A DNA stretch of 42,978 bases from contig JBKHVI010000019.1 in NCBI GenBank assembly GCA_046570105.1, forward strand, positions 1 through 42,978. The letters are read 5' to 3'. Position numbers and translations under genes: made by a program. The DNA is from Bacteriovoracia bacterium. Its GTDB lineage: Bacteria > Bdellovibrionota > Bacteriovoracia > Bacteriovoracales > Bacteriovoracaceae. This document shows positions 36,226 to 42,978 of the stretch, one piece after another. The number at the start of each line of letters is the position of its first letter. Within the stretch, counting starts at the first letter, position 1. The notes beneath the pieces are model-generated. The model saw only the letters and a list, made by a program, of their open reading frames with translations, did not search any database and was not told the origin of the DNA.

Positions 36226-36830
36226 ATTTTAGATTTGAAAGGAAAATTGCACTGGGGAATGGTGACTTAAGTTTTGTCGAGTCATTCTTGCTGACACATC
36301 CCATTGGACTTAGAAGTTCATATCCAGACAGACTCATTCGCAATGTCTATTTTGATACTCTCGATCGTTATTCTTTTAATGCCCATGTTGTCGGCGTGGA
36401 AGCGAGGTCAAAATGGCGTTTACGTGCATATGATCAGGGGCCATGGAAAACATTAGAAGAAAAACGAAAAATTGGAGATCATGGCGATAAATTTTATCTT
36501 GATCCGACCCAAGCCATCAAAGCATATGATCTTAATCAAAGTGTTATCGTTTCAGAAAGAGAGCTGTTTCCTGTCTTAGAAAACCGTTATATGCGACGCT
36601 ATTTTCATTCACCTTTGTGGGGAATTAGAGTCACTATCGATACCGACATGAAATTTTCAAGACCAAGCTCTCAGATTTGGCAACAAGACGATGAATTCAG
36701 TGCCATTGTGGAAATTAAATATGATCTAGAAAAAGCCAAGGCGGGAGATGATTTTATTAAATCCCTGCCTTGGCGTGTAAGTCGGTACTCAAAATACGTA
36801 CGAGGTGTACGTATTATCGATGGCCTCTAA
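36222..36830 (+). CDS. VTC-domain (polyphosphate polymerase-like) protein
   Basis: RFERK, NVYFDT, RSKWRLRAY, LEEKRK, YMRRYF, RVTIDTD, VEIKY and SKY motifs. Confidence 0.9.
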   Translation: MNFRFERKIALGNGDLSFVESFLLTHPIGLRSSYPDRLIRNVYFDTLDRYSFNAHVVGVEARSKWRLRAYDQGPWKTLEEKRKIGDHGDKFYLDPTQAIKAYDLNQSVIVSERELFPVLENRYMRRYFHSPLWGIRVTIDTDMKFSRPSSQIWQQDDEFSAIVEIKYDLEKAKAGDDFIKSLPWRVSRYSKYVRGVRIIDGL

Positions 36831-38299
36831 TAAAACAGACGTAACCAATAAGTCAGTGCTGGCAGTGAAGCATCTCTTGAAAGACTAATGAGCTTTTTCT
36901 TATATTCTTCTGAAGATCGAGTGCCAGGCAAGACACCAGCAAAAGTAGGATCAGGCCATCCTGTTGCCATGCCATACTGATAGTTCCATTTAAATGTTTT
37001 AGGATCGTTGCCGTCCTTCTCAGCTACATTTACAAACTCATTTGGGTACAAGCGTTTTAAATCTTGCATGCCTTTGTTGTCTGGATTGAATAATGCGGCC
37101 ATATGCAGGGGGAATTCTGCGTTAGTTACACGATCATTAAATACGACAGGATCATTTGATTCAATTAAGCGCAATCTCTTCTGGATAACCGGAAGTGTAA
37201 AAACAGTTCTCGAAGTGACGGCATCACCACTAATGAAGTATTCATTTTGATTTGGTAATTGCGCCAAACGCTCCATCATTTGATAGGCCAACACTCGATC
37301 GTTTACAGCGCTTCGTAAAGATTCGAGCGCTAGAGGCAGATAGGTGCGTGCTTCTTTTCGATGAGTAAGAAATTTTTCAAATGAGCTTTCTTTTAACAAT
37401 GCTGAGATTTCTTTTGGTGACTGAAGGTGGATATCAAACACATTCGAAATCAAACCACGTTGGAAGTCAGACTTTTTAGCGACTAAAGAGCGAGTGGTTA
37501 GAGTATTTAAAAATTTTGCTAACTCCTCCATGCGATAGCTAGCAAGGAAATATCCAAAGCCCATTCTTTCTTGCATATTCGCCAACATACCTCGCATGTG
37601 TGCTGGCATGAATTTTCTAAAACGAATCGTTTGTGAGCCCATGTTAAGGGCCTCTTCTGCTCCAAAAACAAGACCAACATCAAATAAAAAAACAGGTTCA
37701 TCTTCAGCTAAATTATCTAAGAGTTCGCGAGCACGTTTAATCTCAGTGGTGATTCTTGGAGCAACTTGACCCGCCATCCAGTCTTGAAATTGACCTAGTG
37801 AAGTGAATTGACCTTTTTGTCCCAAGAGATCAACTTCAGGGTTTGGATCAACAAAGTAATCAAACAAAGCGTCTAGATGAGGTGCACGGCGATCAGCGTT
37901 GCGCTTGATAGCTCTGAGCCAGCTAATTACACCGATATATCCGACATCAACAGGCTCAACAAGAAAGCGCAATCTCCAAGCGATACCTTGGAAATATGAT
38001 GTGCTCTTAGCAACCATAGAATAAATGTGGGCGGCTGAACTTTGCGGATATTTTCCGCCGATCTCAATAATTTTCTGAAGAGCCGCGGGCACGTCAGCTT
38101 TGGTACGAATACCATAGAGTATAGCATTCATTTCCGCGACTTCTTCAGGTGCCACTTCACCGACTGAGATGATAGGCGCTGCACCTGTTTCTGTATTAAT
38201 CACAGAAGTAGGTGCAGATTTTTGCTGTTGCGACTTAACAAAAACGACTCCACCAGCAATAGCAACAAGTACGGCAAGAACCAAAACAACATTTTTCAT
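36827..38299 (-). CDS. Hypothetical exported or anchored protein
   Basis: 490-aa ORF with hydrophobic N-terminus MKNVVLVLAVLVAIAGGVVFV; AAGGA SD. Confidence 0.75.
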   Translation of the reverse strand: MKNVVLVLAVLVAIAGGVVFVKSQQQKSAPTSVINTETGAAPIISVGEVAPEEVAEMNAILYGIRTKADVPAALQKIIEIGGKYPQSSAAHIYSMVAKSTSYFQGIAWRLRFLVEPVDVGYIGVISWLRAIKRNADRRAPHLDALFDYFVDPNPEVDLLGQKGQFTSLGQFQDWMAGQVAPRITTEIKRARELLDNLAEDEPVFLFDVGLVFGAEEALNMGSQTIRFRKFMPAHMRGMLANMQERMGFGYFLASYRMEELAKFLNTLTTRSLVAKKSDFQRGLISNVFDIHLQSPKEISALLKESSFEKFLTHRKEARTYLPLALESLRSAVNDRVLAYQMMERLAQLPNQNEYFISGDAVTSRTVFTLPVIQKRLRLIESNDPVVFNDRVTNAEFPLHMAALFNPDNKGMQDLKRLYPNEFVNVAEKDGNDPKTFKWNYQYGMATGWPDPTFAGVLPGTRSSEEYKKKLISLSRDASLPALTYWLRLFY

Positions 38300-38312
38300 A
38301 AATCAGCGTTCC

Positions 38313-39083
38313 TTAAAGGTTGGGTAAATACTGAGTGCCACAATTTGTCGCGATAGCAGCATAAGCTTCTTCATCACGTACAAAACGAAATTTTGGCCAG
38401 TCTTCTTGAGTCCAAAATACATTGGTATAGACTCGACAGTCAGGAAGACCTTTTTTAATAACCGAAAGAAACTTAGTCAGACGCGGATCGGCGCCACGGG
38501 CATTAGAGCGAAGAATCACGCCTTGACCATCATAACTAAAACGAGCGAAATGACGATTAGGTCTATCAGGATTTAAATCAATCGGCTGCTCGCTCATGAC
38601 GCCAGAAATGATTTTTTTATATTTTTGATGAAAGCGAACTTCTTCACCTGTTGTAAGTGTTACGACAAGATCATTACCTTGTTCTTCGATATGCGTTCTT
38701 TGAACTCGTGGAAGAAGCATCACGGCACTTTCCATATAATCAGAAATCGCCCCTGACCCGATATCATCTGTCAGCCAGATCCAAGTGTCGCGGCGAGAGT
38801 GGTCGGCAGTGATGAACTCCCACATGCGGCTAGGATATTCTAGGCCCTCGGGAATGTTATCGATAATATCGTTTGGTCCACGATTATGAATTTGGCGGCC
38901 AGTAATATATAAAGTGTCATCATCAGTGCCGCAGTAGTGTGTACTATAAAACAACGATTCATCGTTGCGACTTGTTCCGTAGGTACACTTTTCTACTCGT
39001 GGAATATCTCGCTCAAAAGGGACAAAGGTTGTTGCCGTGGCCACGAATGGCAAAAGTGATACGGCGTAAGCAATCCATCGCAT
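38313..39083 (-). CDS. Secreted hypothetical protein
   Basis: 256-aa ORF with signal peptide ending ATA and four Cys; AGGAG SD. Confidence 0.75.
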   Translation of the reverse strand: MRWIAYAVSLLPFVATATTFVPFERDIPRVEKCTYGTSRNDESLFYSTHYCGTDDDTLYITGRQIHNRGPNDIIDNIPEGLEYPSRMWEFITADHSRRDTWIWLTDDIGSGAISDYMESAVMLLPRVQRTHIEEQGNDLVVTLTTGEEVRFHQKYKKIISGVMSEQPIDLNPDRPNRHFARFSYDGQGVILRSNARGADPRLTKFLSVIKKGLPDCRVYTNVFWTQEDWPKFRFVRDEEAYAAIATNCGTQYLPNL

Positions 39084-39159
39084 AGAGTTCTCCTAATAAA
39101 TGATAGGAAAAGGGTAGCACTCATTGCGATGAATTCAAGACGCCCTAAAACCTGACAAG

Positions 39160-39462
39160 TTATGTCATGGGGTATTCAGAAATCACTGTTACACCGGCCA
39201 CTGCTGGCTCAAAATAGGTGGCTCGTACCTTCTTGTAGTCTTCATTGGCAAAAAAGGCGTCTTTGGCAGATGAATCTTTGAAATAAATGGCAAACAGACG
39301 ATTGATAGGATGCGTACTTTCAGTTTTTAAGACTTTCTCAACAGTGAAGTCGTAGCGAAATCCACCCCCATAAGTCTTGAGAATAGGAATCATGCCTTCA
39401 CGATAGGCCTGATAGCTGGTTTGATCTGTGACTTGTAGCCCAATAAGCATTTCATAACTCAT
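39160..39462 (-). CDS. DUF1330 family protein
   Basis: YQAYREGMIPIL..YGGGFRYDF and FFANEDYKKVR motifs; GAGGAGG SD. Confidence 0.85.
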   Translation of the reverse strand: MSYEMLIGLQVTDQTSYQAYREGMIPILKTYGGGFRYDFTVEKVLKTESTHPINRLFAIYFKDSSAKDAFFANEDYKKVRATYFEPAVAGVTVISEYPMT

Positions 39463-39477
39463 ATAACCTCCTCGAGT

Positions 39478-39560
39478 TTTGAACCATTTGGTTTATTATG
39501 CCAGAATCATTCATTCACCACAGGCCTCAATTTGAACTATTTGGTTTTTTACTGTAAAAT
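39478..39560. promoter_or_regulatory. Two TetR-type operators and a sigma-70 promoter in the divergent intergenic region
   Basis: TTTGAACCATTTGGTTT (39478-39494) and TTTGAACTATTTGGTTT (39531-39547), core palindrome AACCA-TT-TGGTT; TTGAAC(39532-39537)-N17-TAAAAT(39555-39560). Confidence 0.75.
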
Positions 39561-39567
39561 TCAAAAC

Positions 39568-40095
39568 ATGGGACGACCTAAACTCAGAACACGCGAAGAT
39601 ATCCTGGCCTCGGCCTTAAGCCTATATTGGCGTAAGGGCCCAATGGGCGTTACGGTGCAAGAGCTAGAGGTTGCGACTGGGGTCAATAAATCGGGGTTGT
39701 ACGCTGAATTCAAAGACAAAGATTCATTATTTGTAGCCACAGTGAAGTACTACGCCGAAGCAGCGGAGAAAACATTTTTTCCTATCCTCAAGCAAACTCC
39801 TTATGGGAAAAAGAATTTACGTGAGTATCTAGTATTCGGACTTACATTTGAAGGTGAGGGTGGCTGCTTTCTCACTAATTGCATGCGTGATTACCCATCA
39901 CTGCCGTCCAAGGCCCGCGCAATTGTTAAATCTCATTTCTCACAACTAAAAGAGTTATTTGCACAAAATCTAACTGACGCGACCAAAGCTGAATTAGTTC
40001 TGACCTTCGATCAAGGGCTCTGCCTGAGAGCTTTTATGGGAGATGATTCAAAGGATCTCTTAAAGCTTGTCGATGATTTCCTTACAACTGTTTGA
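39568..40095 (+). CDS. TetR/AcrR family transcriptional regulator
   Basis: MGRPK...ALSLYWRKG...TGVNKSGLYAEFKDKDSLF HTH; GCFLTN. Confidence 0.92.
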   Translation: MGRPKLRTREDILASALSLYWRKGPMGVTVQELEVATGVNKSGLYAEFKDKDSLFVATVKYYAEAAEKTFFPILKQTPYGKKNLREYLVFGLTFEGEGGCFLTNCMRDYPSLPSKARAIVKSHFSQLKELFAQNLTDATKAELVLTFDQGLCLRAFMGDDSKDLLKLVDDFLTTV

Positions 40096-40483
40096 GATCA
40101 CCTTTCACTTCGAGAGCATTTTTTCCTTCGGAGAACCAGGTCTCGGTATAACGAAGAGTGGTTTCATTCAATTTTGTAAGTTTTAAATCGTAGATATAAC
40201 CTTCATCAATATTTTCATAATTGATATTGAGTTCTTTTTCTGAAATCACCCCGACTTTCACTCCATTTGAGAAGAGCATCCCGTTGATGATGTCCATTTG
40301 GTAGCGATCGTAAGTAGCCTGCATGTCCTGGCAAACATAACCACCGTGATACATAGTGAACTTAGAGTTCGTCGCATCGATATCAACAAAAATTTCGCTG
40401 CAAGTTCTCGAGCGACGTGGTGTGATCGCGACACCGTTACCAGTAAATTGACCGGAGAGCGAAAGGAGCACGATGCTTAACAT
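40082..40483 (-). CDS. Small beta-rich hypothetical protein
   Basis: 133-aa ORF with GAGG SD and a short hydrophobic N-terminus; overlaps the nitrilase stop. Confidence 0.6.
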   Translation of the reverse strand: MLSIVLLSLSGQFTGNGVAITPRRSRTCSEIFVDIDATNSKFTMYHGGYVCQDMQATYDRYQMDIINGMLFSNGVKVGVISEKELNINYENIDEGYIYDLKLTKLNETTLRYTETWFSEGKNALEVKGDLKQL

Positions 40484-41295
40484 GGCTTGACCTCAAATGG
40501 AGCAGGTTTCATAAAATCGCGATAGGTGCGAACAGCACCCTTCGTGCGAACTTGTTGGAGAACTTCAAAATCAACATCAGCAAAAACGAGATCACCCGCA
40601 TTCCACATTCCCTCGATGAGGACACCATTGGCAGGAAATTGTGGATCACTGGGAGCGAGAATAGCAGCTGAGCCACAGGCATTTTCATTAATACCCCAAG
40701 GGCTAAAACTACCCACGAGTGGGGCATGCACGACGAAGAGTTGATTTTCAACTGCACGTGCGTGAGCGCAGTAGCGCACACGATGAAAACCATCAGGTTT
40801 TTCGGTCCATGATGGGCACAGCAACAGGTTGACCCCTGCTTTGACGACAGCGCGAGTGAGTTCGGGAAATTCCACATCGTAACAAATCGTGGTGGCGAGC
40901 TTGCCGTGCTTAAATGGCACCACCAGAATTTCATTACCGGCCGTAATGAGCGGAGCCTCTTCGGTTTCAGAAGGGATGAGATGAATTTTGTGTTGCTGAT
41001 GACTTTTGCCGTCAGGAGTAAACAGGACGGCGGTATTAGTGCCGATATTGTGAGTACCGGCCAAAATCGTCATTTGGTGTTGATGAGCGAAACTGCTGAA
41101 GATCTGGTGAAATTCATTCTGAAACCAAGCCGAAAATCCAGCGTCGGTTTCTAGCGCAAGTGTAAAGTACTCGGGAAAAACCAGCAGCTCAATTTTTTCA
41201 ACAGCAGCGAGCTTGAGCCATTTCTCGGCTTCCTTTGTCCACTCCTCGTAGTTGCGAGGTTCAGTCAGAGGAAAAGAAACAGCTCCAAGTCTCAC
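40477..41295 (-). CDS. Carbon-nitrogen hydrolase (nitrilase family)
   Basis: Glu-Lys-Cys triad motifs VFPEY, KIHL and ICYDVEFPE; ARAVENQ. Confidence 0.92.
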   Translation of the reverse strand: MRLGAVSFPLTEPRNYEEWTKEAEKWLKLAAVEKIELLVFPEYFTLALETDAGFSAWFQNEFHQIFSSFAHQHQMTILAGTHNIGTNTAVLFTPDGKSHQQHKIHLIPSETEEAPLITAGNEILVVPFKHGKLATTICYDVEFPELTRAVVKAGVNLLLCPSWTEKPDGFHRVRYCAHARAVENQLFVVHAPLVGSFSPWGINENACGSAAILAPSDPQFPANGVLIEGMWNAGDLVFADVDFEVLQQVRTKGAVRTYRDFMKPAPFEVKPC

Positions 41296-41696
41296 TTATT
41301 CACCTGATCGATCCAATCTTGGAGATTGTAATAATTGGTGACGCGAGTAATGAGCCCTTCTTCGACATCAAAGAATGCACCCACAGGTAAGCGGTATTTC
41401 TGTCCGCGTGCTGGTGGAAGACCTTCAGCAGTTGAGAGATAAGTGCCGTTACAAATGAATTCGGCCGAGCCGCGTTTTCCGTCAGCAGAGGCCATCACCA
41501 CCATATCTGTCAGGAGTTCGTCGTAATGACGATTCATGCCTTCCATAAAAGTGGTAAAGGTGGCCTTGCCTTTTTGGCGCTCACCTTGGTTAATATCATG
41601 CACGACATTAGGATGAAGCAGCGCCAACATATCGGCGAAGCGTTTTTCATTGAAGGCACGGTAATAGTTTTCGATGATAGTAGTAGTGTTTTTCAT
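41292..41696 (-). CDS. Ketosteroid-isomerase-related (SnoaL/NTF2-like) protein
   Basis: YYRAFN, VVHDINQG, AEF...GTYL.T..GLP.A.GQ.Y.LP.GAFF and RVTNYYN motifs. Confidence 0.88.
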   Translation of the reverse strand: MKNTTTIIENYYRAFNEKRFADMLALLHPNVVHDINQGERQKGKATFTTFMEGMNRHYDELLTDMVVMASADGKRGSAEFICNGTYLSTAEGLPPARGQKYRLPVGAFFDVEEGLITRVTNYYNLQDWIDQVNK

Positions 41697-41712
41697 GCCA
41701 GGAGCTTAGCAC

Positions 41713-42309
41713 ATGGCCCAGGGACTTCAAATTGAGATTTTAGACGCAAGCGCTGCGAAACATTATCTCGATGATTTGGCCCGTCTTAGAATGACGGTAT
41801 TTCGCGACTTTCCGTATCTCTATGATGGCGATCTCAGCTATGAAAGAAAATATTTGGAAACTTATTTCAAATCGAGCGGTGCTCGCGTGGTGTTATGCCG
41901 CGACGGAGATAAGGTGGTTGGCGCATCAACAGTCATTCCACTCAAAGATGAAGACGATGCGCTAAAAAATCCTTTCAAAGAAGCTGGACACAGCATCGAC
42001 GCGATAATGTATTTCGGAGAATCGGTTTTATTGTCGGACTATCGTGGCCGAGGTGCGGGCAAAGTCTTCTTTCAAGAGCGGCTTAAACATGCACAGAATA
42101 CTTCAGGAATTAAGCACGCCGCTTTCTGTGCCGTGCAACGTCCTAGCGATCACCCTTTACGCCCCAAAGGCTACCAATCTCTCGATGGACTTTGGCAGAG
42201 TTTTGGTTTTCAAGCTGTCCCAGGTTTGACATGCTCAATGTCCTGGAAACAAATCGACGAATCCACTGAAAGCCCTAAGACGCTGCAGTTTTGGATGCGA
42301 GATATTTAA
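41713..42309 (+). CDS. GNAT family N-acetyltransferase
   Basis: LARLRMTVFRDFPYLYDG, YFGESVLLSDYRGRGAG (acetyl-CoA-binding motif A) and FCAVQRP..HP. Confidence 0.9.
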   Translation: MAQGLQIEILDASAAKHYLDDLARLRMTVFRDFPYLYDGDLSYERKYLETYFKSSGARVVLCRDGDKVVGASTVIPLKDEDDALKNPFKEAGHSIDAIMYFGESVLLSDYRGRGAGKVFFQERLKHAQNTSGIKHAAFCAVQRPSDHPLRPKGYQSLDGLWQSFGFQAVPGLTCSMSWKQIDESTESPKTLQFWMRDI

Positions 42310-42317
42310 GAGGTTTT

Positions 42318-42812
42318 ATGAAACAAATTTCACTGATCGTAGGCAGTAACGGAAAAAATTTAATTTTGGCGAAAGCGTTTCAAGAGCATTTGGAAAGCTT
42401 AGGAAATAAGGTGCATTTGGTGGACTTGGTGTCGCATAATCTGCCACTTTATTCTTCTGCTCAACATGGAAAGTTAACGGGCGCTGAAGTGTTAGCGCCG
42501 TTTAAAGAGGCTTTAGCTTCGGAAGCTTTCGTCTTTATTGCACCTGAATTCAATGGTGGTATTCCGCCAGTCCTGACTAACTTTATTGCTTGGGCAAGTA
42601 CGTCGGCTAAAGATTGGCGCGTTCATTTCAATTCTAAAAAAGCGGCGATTGCGACTCATTCAGGTGGTGATGGCCAGCAACTCTTGATCATGCTTCGCTT
42701 GCAGCTCGCCTATATTGGCATGACTGTGGTCGGTCGTCAGATCAACATCAACGATCGCAAGCCAGTCGATCCAGCAACGATCGCTGATGTCTGTAAGCAG
42801 CTTTTAGCTTAA
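42318..42812 (+). CDS. NADPH-dependent FMN reductase (flavodoxin-like)
   Basis: IVGS, LPLY, APEFNGGIPPVLTNFIAW and HSGG motifs; GAGG SD. Confidence 0.88.
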   Translation: MKQISLIVGSNGKNLILAKAFQEHLESLGNKVHLVDLVSHNLPLYSSAQHGKLTGAEVLAPFKEALASEAFVFIAPEFNGGIPPVLTNFIAWASTSAKDWRVHFNSKKAAIATHSGGDGQQLLIMLRLQLAYIGMTVVGRQININDRKPVDPATIADVCKQLLA

Positions 42813-42978
42813 TTACCAAGAATTTTATCTAATGCTTGAATATCAGCTTCCGTGTGGGCCACTGCCGCGGAAGCTGGTTTGATAACTCCTACGATATCAA
42901 TGGTGCTGTCAAAATTTTTGTGTAAATTCGGTTTCTGGCCCCGGCAAAGCACTCTTCCAGGTAATTGGGTAGCGTCTC
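42809..42978 (-). CDS. 3' end of an unidentified gene running in from the window edge
   Basis: Open frame ...DATQLPGRVLCRGQKPNLHKNFDSTIDIVGVIKPASAAVAHTEADIQALDKILGN* with its stop overlapping the FMN reductase stop. Confidence 0.5.
   Translation of the reverse strand, partial: DATQLPGRVLCRGQKPNLHKNFDSTIDIVGVIKPASAAVAHTEADIQALDKILGN

Noticed and set aside
28101..36830. The operon as a mobile genomic island
   Set aside because: No integrase, transposase, tRNA or flanking direct repeats were seen; horizontal origin cannot be supported from this window alone.

Overview
Gene-dense 43-kb bacterial chromosomal window. Gene content and the many orphan secreted proteins suggest a Bdellovibrionota (Bacteriovoracaceae-like) organism; this is inference and was not searched. 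I saw no rRNA, tRNA, CRISPR array or transposase. Left to right: (i) a housekeeping block (UvrD/PcrA C-terminus, AsmA-like protein, mtnA, Ppx/GppA, cNMP-binding protein, orphan FliG-C protein, thiolase); (ii) a Rieske / cytochrome b6 / subunit IV / octaheme cytochrome c operon; (iii) a 300-bp intergenic region with a bidirectional terminator, nested inverted repeats and a strong Fur-box match (sRNA candidate); (iv) an MFS transporter and an AAA+DUF4143 ATPase preceded by tandem operator-like repeats; (v) a cfa/DUF1365/FAD-oxidoreductase/DUF1295 lipid-modification cluster resembling the furan fatty acid pathway; (vi) trmO; (vii) the strongest candidate for an undescribed system, a tightly coupled 9-gene operon at 28101-36830 joining two UbiA prenyltransferases, a His/acid-rich membrane protein, an exported kinase-like protein, an exported CYTH-like enzyme and an MMPL exporter to a DUF4956 / truncated CotH-like / VTC module; (viii) a TetR-DUF1330 pair with visible operators, a nitrilase/SnoaL/GNAT trio and an FMN reductase. 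All family calls come from reading motifs by eye.
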